Origin: Tortispora ganteri
Taxonomy: Eukaryota
NCBI GenBank assembly: GCA_003707115.1
Contig: PPNB01000003.1
Location: 310,001-374,000 of the forward strand
Direction of reading: 5' to 3'
DNA: 64,000 nucleotides
The notes below the pieces were generated by a model. It worked only from the letters and a program-made list of their open reading frames with translations, was not told the DNA's origin and did no database searches. Shown piece after piece: positions 42,494 through 53,970 of the stretch (positions are counted from its first letter, which is position 1; every line of letters begins with the position of its first letter). The position numbers and the translations under genes were made by a program.

Positions 42494-43680
42494 GTATGCT
42501 GTTATAGATCAGCAGGTTCAACTTTCATTTCAGAAGGTCAGGTGAAACAATATTAGTACTAAATTCACGATCTGCAACTTGTGACCCTGAAAACCGCCTT
42601 CTAACACTTTCAGCAACTAAAGTTGTGCCTGGAACTGTAACACTAGCGGAGTGGAGGTCAATCGTTGCCTTCAACGCGACTTCCGTCACTTCGGAATGAA
42701 CTGTAAGACGCGCTATATTTCTCATAGGAAAAGATCGAATATAGTTAGCCAAACACTCCCGGCCAAGAGCATTTTTATAGCTGTGGTTGGCATTGAACGG
42801 AACTCAATAGCTTTGCCGTCAAGGCCAAAGCAGTCCTGAAATGTTAACATGACAGCATAATGTATACACTAAATCAGAATTAAAACTTTATTTTCACCAT
42901 GATCATACGGAATCTTTTTATATTTTCGATCTAAGTTTTGATTTTCCCGCACAGCCCCGTATGACGATTGCAGCTTTCCTTCACGCTATCTAGATCTGCC
43001 TCAAATTAAAGGGCTCAAATCGAAGCAACACAAAATCAAGGGCACCTGTAAACGTATAAAGAAATCATTATGCATTCTTCGGCTACGAATATTTTTTTTT
43101 TAGCTTAACACATTTCTATAGAAGAATGTTTAGGCAACAGCTTAAAATTCCTTATTAGCCGGCAATACAACACCTTGCCGCTCCTGTTTCCAATGAGCGA
43201 GGTCAAAGAAGGTTAACTTTACCCTTATATTCCCTCATTGCATGCACCGAGCTCTTTCTATTGGCTAAATGTCAATTTTTAGTCCCATTTTCATAGTCAA
43301 AAACGCGCTTCTGCAACTCTATCTCTTTAAATGTTACGCTTTATTTCCACATATAGATATACTGCATCCCGGCATCTTTGACCGTCACGCATTGATATAT
43401 TGCTGTAAAAAAGTGCAACGTCCTGCTCTTCGCTGTACACACACCAATAAACCAAACCTTTCGCCATCTCCTGTCTACGCTGGACCCAAATTCACCTCTT
43501 TGTGCTAATTAGGGTCTATTCTGTACAGCTTTAGAACCACTAAACTAAAACCCCTGGATACTGTATCTGCCTGTACGCAGGGTTCATTTCTTCTCGGAAA
43601 CACCCTCGATTGCATCTATATTATAAGAACCTAACGCACTTGGTATTAGAAAAAACTACAATTTCAACTCTTACAGCACA

Positions 43681-44952
43681 ATGTTCTGGTCTGTCATATT
43701 ACTCGCTTGCGCAGTATTCTGCGCCTCTGTATCTAATTTACACACACCCGCGCTCTTGCTTACGCGAAGAAGCACCAAGTTCGACAAAATGCGCGGCGTG
43801 AATCTAGGTGGCTGGTTTGTACTTGAACCATACATGAACAATAACCTGTGGAATGAGTTTACTGATGCATCTAATATACCTGTGGACGAGTATCACTTCT
43901 GCTCATACTACGGCAAAGATACAGCAACCGCGAAGCTAACCAACCATTGGGATACTTTCTACACCGAGTCCGACTTTGTTCAAATCAAGGCCGCAGGTCT
44001 TAATACTGTAAGAATCCCCATCGGATACTGGGCTTTTGGGAACTTTTACGACGAGCCTTATGTCCAGGGCCAAGTCCCCTTTATTCTCCGTGCCTTGCAA
44101 TGGGCTCGCAACCAAGGACTGGAAGTAATGTTAGATCTGCACGGCGCCCCCGGATCTCAGAACGGTTTTGACAACTCCGGCCTTCGTGATACTATTCAAT
44201 TCCCTTACGGAAGCAACCCCGATTATACACTGACTGCTCTTCAGCGTATGGTCAACATGGTGTTCGATAATGGCTACAGCGATGTTGTCACTTCCGTTGA
44301 GATTTTAAACGAGCCTCTTGCACCTTCCTTTTCTGGCGATGCCCTCGCAATGCTTAAGGACTTTTATCAAAAGGGCTACAATATTATCCGCTATCGCCCC
44401 GACGGGACTATGACAGACCTGACTGTCGCTTTTCACGATGCTTTTTACGATCCTGCAAGCTGGAACAACTATCTTCCTGCCTTTGCAAACTCTTATGAAG
44501 ATAATCACCACTACCAAGTATTCACCCCTGACCTAAATGCTCTCACTATTGATCAGCACGTTGGAATGGTCTGTGGGCATTATTACGCCTTGAAAGCCGT
44601 CAATTTGCCTGTCATAGTGGGTGAGTGGTCTGCCGCCCTAACCGACTGCTGTCCTATGCTGAATGGCGTTTATAGAGGTGCTCGTTACGATGGTACTTAC
44701 GGTGGAGGCTGGTGGATTGGCGATTGCTCAGATAAATACGATCCTGCCAAGATAACCGGTGACTATTACAACAATATGAGAAGGTTCGTTGAGGTACAGT
44801 TAGATGCATGGGAAAAACTTGGCGGTTGGATTTTCTGGGCATGGAAGACAGATCTGTGTGCTGAATGGAGCTTTCAGAAGCTTCTTGCAATGGGAATCAT
44901 GCCCCAGCCTCTGACGACCGATCGCAGATATCCTAACCAATGCAACTTCTAA
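43681..44952 (+). CDS. Secreted GH5 exo-1,3-beta-glucanase (Exg1 family)
   Basis: Signal peptide; RGVNLGGWFVLEP, RIPIGYW, DLHGAPGSQNGFDNSG, catalytic NEP and VGEWS. Confidence 0.95.
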   Translation: MFWSVILLACAVFCASVSNLHTPALLLTRRSTKFDKMRGVNLGGWFVLEPYMNNNLWNEFTDASNIPVDEYHFCSYYGKDTATAKLTNHWDTFYTESDFVQIKAAGLNTVRIPIGYWAFGNFYDEPYVQGQVPFILRALQWARNQGLEVMLDLHGAPGSQNGFDNSGLRDTIQFPYGSNPDYTLTALQRMVNMVFDNGYSDVVTSVEILNEPLAPSFSGDALAMLKDFYQKGYNIIRYRPDGTMTDLTVAFHDAFYDPASWNNYLPAFANSYEDNHHYQVFTPDLNALTIDQHVGMVCGHYYALKAVNLPVIVGEWSAALTDCCPMLNGVYRGARYDGTYGGGWWIGDCSDKYDPAKITGDYYNNMRRFVEVQLDAWEKLGGWIFWAWKTDLCAEWSFQKLLAMGIMPQPLTTDRRYPNQCNF

Positions 44953-45152
44953 CAGTTGTGATCGAGATATGTGTTTCAACTCATCGAAATCTTTATATAT
45001 CTTGAAGGAAGATCACTAATATTCCTTATTTGAGAGTCTTAATTCGCCTCTTTTATTTTCTATTTATTATTCACTGCTTAATGATACATACACAGAATCA
45101 TATTCCTTGATATTCATCTAGTACCCAGTTTCCCTAGCAATACATGTGTCCG

Positions 45153-46460
45153 TTAGAATAGAAAGCTCTTTCGTCGATCAGTATAATACTGAGACGACGC
45201 AGCTAATGATCGTAGACGCTGGACTGATTCTGATGGGTCCATGGTCACACCTCTTGAGGACTTTCTTCGGGTCTCAACGGTCTCTGGCAATACAAAGACA
45301 GAAGATTCGGATGTTGAGATGGAACCAGCTGTATATCCTGGACTTTCGCTGGTAATAATAGAAGCAGAAGCAGACGGAGGGTTAGATAAAGGTTGCAAAC
45401 CTTCCGAAAGCCTGGAATTACTTAGAGGTCTTACTGGCGTCTGGAAACGACCCGAAGCAGATCGAGAGATGCTAACGTCAGCAGGTGAGTCAAACGCTGT
45501 TGTAAAGTCATGGAATGTTCGATCGAGATCAGGGGTTAACACAAAATCCCCAGACTGTGCTTCGCTAGTGCTGTGATTTACGGGGAAAGATGTGGCAGTA
45601 GTAAGCTTGGCTGGCTCAGTAAGATCAACAAAAGTTAAGTCATCGCGGGGCATAACGGGTTCATAAGAATTTGCCATTTGCATAATAGAAGTTAATGACG
45701 TAGAAAATAGATCACAAATTGTATGAGCATCCATATTTCGCGAATTGAAATAGGAAACAATTTCTTTGTATTCAGCTGTTGATTCAGGCACAATTTCACC
45801 AGTAGTACATTTAATTTTGATCAGGCTGTCATATAATGTGGACAGAAGCAAAGAGTTATCACTTTTCAAGTTCGAATAGGTCGAAAGCAAGTCAGAATAG
45901 CATTTTAGGATATTAGGGTCGGTCACTGTAGTTCTCATTGGAGGGCATGTTACTAGCACATTTCTTTTGGACGAGCGTGCTTGATCTTTCCTGATTCTGT
46001 CTTTTAGGCTGACTAGTTCCTTATTCTTCGCCCTAATTTCTGTAGCCCACCTATTTCGATTGTTTTCCATTTGCGACTGGAATCTTTCAGATATCTTTTT
46101 TAGTTCATCGCTGTACTGTTTGGAAGTCATCGCTTCAGACTTCGATTGTCTAAGCTGAGACTGCAGACTTCTAACCTGATTCTGTAACTTATCAACTTCT
46201 TCTGATAGTGCCTTAATTGATTTAGAATTCTTATATATCGATAAATTGGAGTCATGTAGTATTCGCTCTTCTTTGCGCTTTGTTGACTGTTCCTGCTCGT
46301 TTAAGATCTTGTAAAGGATACGCAAAACGCGCAATGTATCTCTTTTTGATTTGTCCGAATGAGAAAACGACTTAAAATCAATAAAATCTTCAAACCTTAA
46401 GTACCCTTGAGAAGCGAAATAGTTATTCACATAGGCTTCTAAATCGGATAATTCGCCCAT
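45153..46460 (-). CDS. Coiled-coil protein, ADIP/Msd1/TinA-like spindle-anchoring family
   Basis: N-terminal YVNNYFASQGYL..IDF followed by a long coiled coil; Ser/Thr-rich tail. Confidence 0.6.
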   Translation of the reverse strand: MGELSDLEAYVNNYFASQGYLRFEDFIDFKSFSHSDKSKRDTLRVLRILYKILNEQEQSTKRKEERILHDSNLSIYKNSKSIKALSEEVDKLQNQVRSLQSQLRQSKSEAMTSKQYSDELKKISERFQSQMENNRNRWATEIRAKNKELVSLKDRIRKDQARSSKRNVLVTCPPMRTTVTDPNILKCYSDLLSTYSNLKSDNSLLLSTLYDSLIKIKCTTGEIVPESTAEYKEIVSYFNSRNMDAHTICDLFSTSLTSIMQMANSYEPVMPRDDLTFVDLTEPAKLTTATSFPVNHSTSEAQSGDFVLTPDLDRTFHDFTTAFDSPADVSISRSASGRFQTPVRPLSNSRLSEGLQPLSNPPSASASIITSESPGYTAGSISTSESSVFVLPETVETRRKSSRGVTMDPSESVQRLRSLAASSQYYTDRRKSFLF

Positions 46461-47074
46461 TAGTGGTTGTTTATTTACTTCGATCTAGCAGCTTTTACCA
46501 GCCTGTATGAAGTTGGGAGTGCAATTTGTACTGACCAATCTGAAAGCGTATACTTTGTTGCTATGGAGGAAAGGCACCTTACATGATTTTTTTTTTGTGA
46601 ACCAGTAGTCTATATAGTGCTTTTGAAAACGGCATTTACTGCTAAATTCTTACCCTGAAAAGACATTTATCGAATCTCTTTAGAGTACTTAAGAAAATGA
46701 ATAACAAGGACGCCGTCACCAATGGAAACGAAAACAGCATACTCTCTACTGTTTGGCAAATAGTTCGATCGCCAGACGTCTCACCGATTATCTGGTCCGG
46801 TTTCTGCTTTATAGCCGGAATAGTGTTTATCAAATCCCCTATGATGGATGCCGCTGTTCCTCCTGTTTAACGAGATACTGTAAATAAAATATACGACAAT
46901 AGGAATACTTCAAGTAGCATGTACTCCAGGCGGACAGTTTATTGTAGTCGGGCGTTGCCCTCACAGGCGTTTTTCGGGTTACACCTCGATCGGCCTACAC
47001 GAATTACATCATTTGTTAGGAAGGTATATCTAAAAACAATATCGATTCAAAAAAAATCTATCAAATCAGTGCAG

Positions 47075-47898
47075 TTACAAATCAACATCATCCTCATCAG
47101 GAAGAGGCATAGCTTGAGCTTGGTCCATCTCTTGTTCGTATTGCTTCATAAGATTGGCATCAACAGCAGCCTCAGGGGGAGCAAGTGCAGGAGAAGCAAC
47201 AAATTCAAGGTTAGATTTTCCTGAGATTTTGCGAGCAAGCCACAAAAATGGCTTCTCAAAATTGTAGTTAGACTTAGCAGAGATATCATAGTACTGCAAA
47301 TTTTTCTTGCGATGGAAAGTGATGGTCTTAGCCTTGACCTTACGCTCCTTAACATCGACTTTGTTTCCGCAAAGAACAATAGGGATATTTTCGCAGACAC
47401 GAACAAGATCACGATGCCAGTTAGGAACATTCTTATAAGTAATACGTGAGGTAACATCAAACATAATGATACCGCATTGACCATTAATGTAATAACCGTC
47501 ACGTAATCCTCCAAATTTTTCTTGACCAGCTGTATCCCATACATCAAATTTAATCTCACCATAGTTGGTGTGGAAAGACAAAGGATGAACCTCTACACCA
47601 AGAGTGGCAATATATCTTTTTTCAAATTCACCTGTCAAGTGTCTTTTAACAAATGTGGTCTAGTTTATTCAGTTAGAATCCTGTCATAATTACAGCGGCA
47701 CAAAAAAAAGGAGAACAACCATCATGGCGAAAGGGGAAAAACCCGTACAAAAAGGATCCCCTCTTTTTGACCGTTTAATCAAAGCATTTCGCCTATTTTT
47801 TGGTTCTTGAGTCCAGATTTTTTGCGTTTACTTACCTTTCCGGTACCACCGTCTCCTACAAGGACGAGCTTGAAAGTGGGAACCTCTGCTTGTGCCAT
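47075..47898 (-). CDS. GSP1: Ran GTPase; exon 1 47898-47836, intron 47835-47660, exon 2 47659-47075
   Basis: [39 protein letters not shown], acidic tail DEDDVDL; GTAAGT/CTAAC/TAG splice signals in frame. Confidence 0.98.
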
Positions 47899-48107
47899 TT
47901 TTTGTATTTTTAAGTCGTTTCCTGTAAATGAAAAGGTGTGTTTGTATCGCTTCGAGTAATAGAAAGTGAAGTATGTTCCATGGCAACCTCGAGGCAAATC
48001 AAAAAAAAAGTCTGTTTGAGCCGGGTAACTACCATCAACATATATAGCTAATCATATTCTATTGGTTCTTGTAGACCAGGCGCTCGTGCAACCATCAAAA
48101 TGTGCCT

Positions 48108-48875
48108 ATGAGCGGGAAAGAGTCACACGAAAAAGGAACGTCAAGGGACGAATTGATCTCGACTATAAGAAAGTACGCTCATAGAGCAGACTACGGACCT
48201 GAGGTGGGCAAGCGATTGGTTGATCGCAGATCATCGCGCAACACTACCGCAACTATCGCAGTTGGCAAGGCTAATAAGACCACTAGGCAAGTGAAGCTAT
48301 ATAATCACTTGAATGGCGTACCTGATATACTCGCTGAAGGTTTAGCTTGTATATTTGTAGGAATCAATCCCGGTGTTCAGACATCTATAAGGGGTCACCA
48401 CTATGCTGGCCCGGGCAATTTATTCTGGCCTTTACTTTATGAGTCACACTGCGTCAATGAGAAGGTCACATACGAATCGGATACTGAACTTCCATCTAAG
48501 TTTCAACTAGGACTTACTAATTTGGTAGATCGGCCCACTGCTCAGGCCTCTGAGCTATCAGACCAGGAGATGTTAAACGCAGTGCTAACACTGGAATCAA
48601 AGATCAAGCGGTTTCAGCCACAATCTGTTTGTTTTGTGGGTAAGTCTATCTGGCTTGCCGTATATACAGTTATAGCTTGCGACAGACAACCTAAATCAAT
48701 TCGAAAGCCGAAAAATTTCGAGTGGGGTTGGCAACCTCAACTTATTGCTTCGACGCCCGTGTACGTTGTTCCTTCCACATCAGGAAGAGTAGCTGCTTAC
48801 TCAAGAGCGCAGAAACTTGAAATGTGGTTACCTCTAGGCCAGTTCATCACCTCTCACAGATCTAATAGCGACTAA
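48108..48875 (+). CDS. G/U mismatch-specific DNA glycosylase (TDG/MUG family, Thp1-like)
   Basis: FVGINPG, GHHYAGPGNLFW, GLTNLVDRPT, CFVGK, VPSTSG. Confidence 0.93.
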   Translation: MSGKESHEKGTSRDELISTIRKYAHRADYGPEVGKRLVDRRSSRNTTATIAVGKANKTTRQVKLYNHLNGVPDILAEGLACIFVGINPGVQTSIRGHHYAGPGNLFWPLLYESHCVNEKVTYESDTELPSKFQLGLTNLVDRPTAQASELSDQEMLNAVLTLESKIKRFQPQSVCFVGKSIWLAVYTVIACDRQPKSIRKPKNFEWGWQPQLIASTPVYVVPSTSGRVAAYSRAQKLEMWLPLGQFITSHRSNSD

Positions 48876-49185
48876 TAAGCGTTTAATGGATGTAATAGTG
48901 ACGTATTCGTTAGCATAGACGACACTCGACTAGTCGCGAAATGCTCAACCCCAACCCCAATAAATATCATTATTGTGATCACGCCAATTATTGACGAGAC
49001 GTGCTTCCACTTCGAATAATACTTATCAACGATATTGATCTGGTTGAATTTATTAGTTTCTATAGTTTAGGTGTTTTATTGTTTAGTATTTCCTTTTTAT
49101 TTACCAACCCAGATATCGTGGGCGCCTGCGACGCGAATATACGAAAGCAAAAGGTGTAACTTCGGGTATATATATATATGTCGTT

Positions 49186-52100
49186 ATGATGTCCCTGGAC
49201 GATATGGAATCAGAGATATCTGAGCTCGAGCGTAAATTGAAATATAACCAAGATTTGCTGAATGCTACTTCTGCTCAAATCGCGAAGTGTAAAGAAAGCA
49301 CAGCTCCTTCATCAAACGCTGGTCGAAACCCTCAGCAACAACTCAGATATTTGCAATCACGCCAAATGGTATTTAGCGAGAAAGTCCTCGAGCTTCAGAA
49401 GAAGCTAAAGGAATTGACCGGACAAAGAGATGCTCTTATAGATGCTAGTGATAACATAGATATGTCTCAAAATAGTGGCGATATCGCGTCCGCTGAATCA
49501 ATAGAATCCTTTGATAATGTTGTGCCAGCTTACTCAGAGCAACAAAGTTGGGATCATGGCACTTTTCTCAAAGCTACGTCCTCAGATTCAGATACAGACG
49601 ACTCATTATTCATGGGAATTTCAAATCTTTCTTCTAAATCAAAAAGTAAGGAGCCTGATATCCCGCATATTCCTTTTGCCAACTCAACAGAACTCGCCAC
49701 GCCTGCTGAAACGCCTAGTTTGCATCCACCAAGCGCAATAGAGTCAGGAACAGGCTCTGTTATGGAAGTATCTAGCTCTTCTCCTTCAGTTATTATTGAT
49801 ATCACAGACGATGCTGATGATGACTTCCATTCGTTGCCCCAGAAAAGATCCACAAATGAAAGGCAATTACCCCAGAAATATCAACATCACGCTCCCAGCT
49901 CTACCAAGGGTAAGGACACTGCCGAAAATTATAGTAATAACCGTGGAGTTAACAAAGAAGGCGATGAAAAAAACGAAGAAGGTGACGACGACGATGACGA
50001 AATACAGCTTATCGAATCCAGGCCTGCAACAACCCCCAGGTCATTTATACCAAGGCAAGCACATCTGCCTAACAATAAGGCAAATTTACCATATCCTGTT
50101 GTTCATCAATATCCTGCTGCGGCACAATATTCAGCAGTTTCACACCCACCAATTGTCCCTAGGCCTTTAGTTGCCCCTAACAATATTCTACCTGTATTAA
50201 ATGGCCATGATATGTCCAGACCTGGGATCAATTCTACCACCAATGGTCAGCAGTCATTGTCAGTCACTCCATTTGCTGCTCATCAAATGAGTTCGAATAA
50301 TCCAGCGGCCAGTTCATATCTTAGTAGCATATCGAACTTGGCGAATACAATGGTTCCCGTGGGTAACCCTCAAACAATGGATGACATTGATTTGTGTGCA
50401 CCACTTCAACCATATATGGAAAAGAATGCTTCATTAATAATAGAACAGTTGATGCAGCGAATTGAATATACTCAGAAAATATGTCGCAGAATTGACCAGC
50501 AGCTCTTGACTGCCCAGACCCACCAGGACTTCAATTTAAGACACCGAAAACTCGCAATTGATCAGATGGTCAATAGAAGTCTGGAGAACATTACACGAGT
50601 AAAATCTATGAGCCCTAACACTCCTCAGGCCAAGGATGCGGCTAAACAAGAGTTAAATATATTTGTCCGCACGATAAAATATTATTTAGACTCCTGGAAT
50701 ATAAAAAGTCTCAAAGAACTTGGCGCACCAAAAGAAAATACTCAAGTATCTGATCAGACAAAATACCCATGGGAACTAGGAGCTTTAACCGGTGTAAACC
50801 TTCAGAAAGAGGTAGAGAAAGATCTACAGAAGATCTTGAAGAACCTCGAAACGTCCGCTGATGACAGCTCCTCGCAACGTTTAGGTACTCCGGCGTCCTT
50901 AAATGTCAAGTTACTTCCCCATCAACAGATAGGGCTAACCTGGATGACGAGGTTAGAAGATTCTGATCAGAATGGCTTGCTAGCGGATGAAATGGGTCTT
51001 GGAAAAACAGTTCAAGCTCTTGCTTTAATGATGAAAAACCGCTCGAAAGACATAACCATGCGTACCACGCTGATTGTTGCACCTGTCTCATTGATTTATC
51101 AGTGGCAGAGAGAAATTGAATCTAAGGTGAGGCCTGAATTCAGGCTAACCACTCTTGTTTACCATGGAACGATGAAAAGAAATTTAAATTTCCAAGCATT
51201 TTCTATGTATGATGTTGTTATCACTACATATGGAGTGATCACATCCGAACATAAGAAGTACATAAATAAGACAGGCCGTGGGAGAGGAAACACTTTTTTC
51301 GGGGACGATTGTAAGTGGTTTCGTATAATATTGGACGAATCGCAAATGATAAAAAATGTGAGAACGCAGGCAGCAGCAGCCGCATTTAGTTTAAAGGCAC
51401 AGCACAAGTGGTGTTTAAGTGGAACTCCGATGCAGAATAGCGTGGACGAGTTTTACAGTACGGTGAAATTTTTGGACATAAAACCTTACAATTCTAAAGA
51501 CTATTTTAATCGTGTGATTGGAAAGCCTCTAAAAATTGGAAGCCAACCTTCAAAGACCGCAATGCAACACCTGCAGGTGCTACTGCGCTCTATGTGTCTT
51601 CGCCGTACTAAGGACTCTACTGTTGACGGTCAACCGGTCTTACAACTCCCTCCAAGGAATGATGAGGTGCTTTATGCTGAGTTTGACACTGAGCATAAGC
51701 GATTTTACGAGTTAATGGAGCAGAAGGTTGGACAGTTAGCTGACCGATACATGGAAAGGCAAGGTCTGAATAACTATGCGCACATGTTGGTCTTACTTTT
51801 GCGATTAAGACAAGCATGCGACCATATGTGGGTTTGCCGAGATAAAAAGAAGATGCAAAATGCAGACGTATTGGCGTGTGCTGACGAGGATACCGAACAA
51901 GAATCAAGCAAAGTTGACAGAATAGATAGCTTGAATGCCAATATGCTCTCTGATGAGGCAATCAAAAGACTTAAAAGCCTTAATGAAGATATCGAGTGCT
52001 GTTCTTGCTTAGACGTGCTTGAGAACGAAGATGTGCGGATTATTTCGCCCTGCGGACATATACACTGTGTTGAATGTCTACTGAAAATAGAGGAGCGGGC

Positions 52101-52911
52101 GAATCTTGATTCTCTGAGATCAGGATCTACAAAACTTGAATTGAATTGCGACTATTGTGGAGGAAGATTTGAAATGGATAGCGTACTTACAATGCACAGT
52201 TATACTCAGAAGCATGGTCCAATTGTTGGAGAATCAAGTACATCTGAAAGTGATGGAGATGAGAGTGCTGTCATGAATCAAGTTCTCAATAAAGTAGAGC
52301 TCACAGCAGCGAGAGAAGGGTTTTCGAATGAAAAACTGAAGAAGAAGATCAAGCAGAAGCTACACATTCATTGGAAATCATCAGGGAAACTAGACAAAGC
52401 AGCTGAAGTTGTGGAAGAAAACATCTCGAAAGGAGTAAAGACACTTATTTTTACGCAGTTTCTTGATATGATAAGGCTCATCGAGATTGTGTGCGAGACT
52501 AAGGGATGGAAGAGCATTTCTTTTGATGGCAGCATGTCGTCAGCGGATCGTGAGAAAGCTATATCCTCTTTCAACAGTGATCCGACAACCATGGTTATGA
52601 TCATGAGTCTGAAGGCCGGCAACACTGGATTAAATTTAACGGTTGCAAGTTGTGCAATTATCTTTGATCCATTCTGGAATCCGTACGTGGAAGAACAAGC
52701 TATTGGACGTGTACATAGAATCGGTCAACAGATGCCAGTGTCGGTTAAGAAGTTGATTGTGCAGAATACCGTTGAAGATAGGATTTTGACGCTGCAAGAG
52801 AAGAAGAAATTAGTCATCGATGGAGCGCTCGATGAGAAAGGGTTGAAAGCGGTATCAAGGCTGTCTCGGAGCGAATTGCGGTTTTTATTTGGACTTTCGA
52901 GCAGTATTTAA
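49186..52911 (+). CDS. SNF2-family ATPase with internal RING finger (Uls1/Ris1-like)
   Basis: [38 protein letters not shown] CxxC..PCGHIHCxxC..CxxC, QAIGRVHRIGQ; SIM-like VIIDI and IQLIE with acidic flanks. Confidence 0.88.
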   Translation: MMSLDDMESEISELERKLKYNQDLLNATSAQIAKCKESTAPSSNAGRNPQQQLRYLQSRQMVFSEKVLELQKKLKELTGQRDALIDASDNIDMSQNSGDIASAESIESFDNVVPAYSEQQSWDHGTFLKATSSDSDTDDSLFMGISNLSSKSKSKEPDIPHIPFANSTELATPAETPSLHPPSAIESGTGSVMEVSSSSPSVIIDITDDADDDFHSLPQKRSTNERQLPQKYQHHAPSSTKGKDTAENYSNNRGVNKEGDEKNEEGDDDDDEIQLIESRPATTPRSFIPRQAHLPNNKANLPYPVVHQYPAAAQYSAVSHPPIVPRPLVAPNNILPVLNGHDMSRPGINSTTNGQQSLSVTPFAAHQMSSNNPAASSYLSSISNLANTMVPVGNPQTMDDIDLCAPLQPYMEKNASLIIEQLMQRIEYTQKICRRIDQQLLTAQTHQDFNLRHRKLAIDQMVNRSLENITRVKSMSPNTPQAKDAAKQELNIFVRTIKYYLDSWNIKSLKELGAPKENTQVSDQTKYPWELGALTGVNLQKEVEKDLQKILKNLETSADDSSSQRLGTPASLNVKLLPHQQIGLTWMTRLEDSDQNGLLADEMGLGKTVQALALMMKNRSKDITMRTTLIVAPVSLIYQWQREIESKVRPEFRLTTLVYHGTMKRNLNFQAFSMYDVVITTYGVITSEHKKYINKTGRGRGNTFFGDDCKWFRIILDESQMIKNVRTQAAAAAFSLKAQHKWCLSGTPMQNSVDEFYSTVKFLDIKPYNSKDYFNRVIGKPLKIGSQPSKTAMQHLQVLLRSMCLRRTKDSTVDGQPVLQLPPRNDEVLYAEFDTEHKRFYELMEQKVGQLADRYMERQGLNNYAHMLVLLLRLRQACDHMWVCRDKKKMQNADVLACADEDTEQESSKVDRIDSLNANMLSDEAIKRLKSLNEDIECCSCLDVLENEDVRIISPCGHIHCVECLLKIEERANLDSLRSGSTKLELNCDYCGGRFEMDSVLTMHSYTQKHGPIVGESSTSESDGDESAVMNQVLNKVELTAAREGFSNEKLKKKIKQKLHIHWKSSGKLDKAAEVVEENISKGVKTLIFTQFLDMIRLIEIVCETKGWKSISFDGSMSSADREKAISSFNSDPTTMVMIMSLKAGNTGLNLTVASCAIIFDPFWNPYVEEQAIGRVHRIGQQMPVSVKKLIVQNTVEDRILTLQEKKKLVIDGALDEKGLKAVSRLSRSELRFLFGLSSSI

Positions 52912-52966
52912 ATGCGATTATTATGCATGCGTGTATTTATAGAGGAATGAGAGAGCAATGGTAAAT

Positions 52967-53479
52967 TTACTCTAATAAAGATATAGAATTTTCTAGAACT
53001 TTTGATTGTTCTTGTTCGTAACCAGACAAGTTATTATTAGCTATGAAATGGACGACTGCGACCCTCAAAGACTGTGCGAGATTAGAGAGGCGGACTTTAT
53101 CAGTAGCAGATAAGGAGGGAGCTAGGGAGGAGATGCTGTAATCCAATAAGGAACAGAGATCAAATAGAGAAGAAGGATCATCCTTAACGGGAAAGAAACC
53201 TTCAATGTACTCAATAAAATCACCCAAGACTCTTATAAGGTATTGCGATTGTATGTATGTTGGAGTATTTTCGTTCATAATTAGTTCGACTGTAGTAGTC
53301 AGATCGGAGCAGATATCCGCAAATTCAACAGGCAATTCAAATCTACGTATATATTTTCTTGATATCAGTTTTAATTGTTCATCTAGATAATCGATTAATT
53401 TCAATTCTTGTGGTCCAGTCAACATAATGGTTAAAGTTACGTATAGCTGTATGTTCACATTCAGAAGAAAAGGTGTCAT
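52967..53479 (-). CDS. Tfb6-like (TFIIH-associated) protein; start uncertain (53479 or 53425)
   Basis: ELKLIDYLDEQLKLISRKYIRRF and LSATDKVRL patterns. Confidence 0.65.
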   Translation of the reverse strand: MTPFLLNVNIQLYVTLTIMLTGPQELKLIDYLDEQLKLISRKYIRRFELPVEFADICSDLTTTVELIMNENTPTYIQSQYLIRVLGDFIEYIEGFFPVKDDPSSLFDLCSLLDYSISSLAPSLSATDKVRLSNLAQSLRVAVVHFIANNNLSGYEQEQSKVLENSISLLE

Positions 53480-53505
53480 ATATGGCTTTGGAATTATAAT
53501 AAGTT

Positions 53506-53787
53506 CTATTCTGTCGATTGTGTTTCCAATCGAACACCATGCATTTTTGATATATCGTCCTTTAATATTTCATTAACAAGACGATGCTGTTTCACCATAG
53601 ACAATCCTTTGAACTTCTCTGAGACTATCTTGATTTGGTACATAGAACCGCATCCACCTGATATGTCTTGCACATTTAGCAGTTTTGGCTCAAGTGCTTT
53701 TTCCAACTTTTTGTGCAGTTCTATTTCACCAGAATTCAGCGAATAAAATCGTTTAAATCGTACATTTTTTATCCTCGATCGTATCAT
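53506..53787 (-). CDS. BOL3: Mitochondrial BolA protein
   Basis: Arg-rich presequence; [28 protein letters not shown]. Confidence 0.92.
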   Translation of the reverse strand: MIRSRIKNVRFKRFYSLNSGEIELHKKLEKALEPKLLNVQDISGGCGSMYQIKIVSEKFKGLSMVKQHRLVNEILKDDISKMHGVRLETQSTE

Positions 53788-53970
53788 TAGCTATGTGGTT
53801 TGTATTATGTAAGTTTTATGTAGCCGAAAGTTTACTATTAAGTCTTTTATCGAATCGAAACTACTCGAAAAATGCAATCAGTCAATTCTAGAATTTTGAA
53901 AACTAGTTTCGGAAGAGAAATATAAAAAAAAGGTAGACGCCAAATCTCGCCTTTAATATTCATTAATCTC

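Noticed and set aside
42525..42839. Short ORFs to the right of the second LTR as a second gag
   Set aside because: No PBS after the LTR, no gag or pol motifs, frames closed quickly
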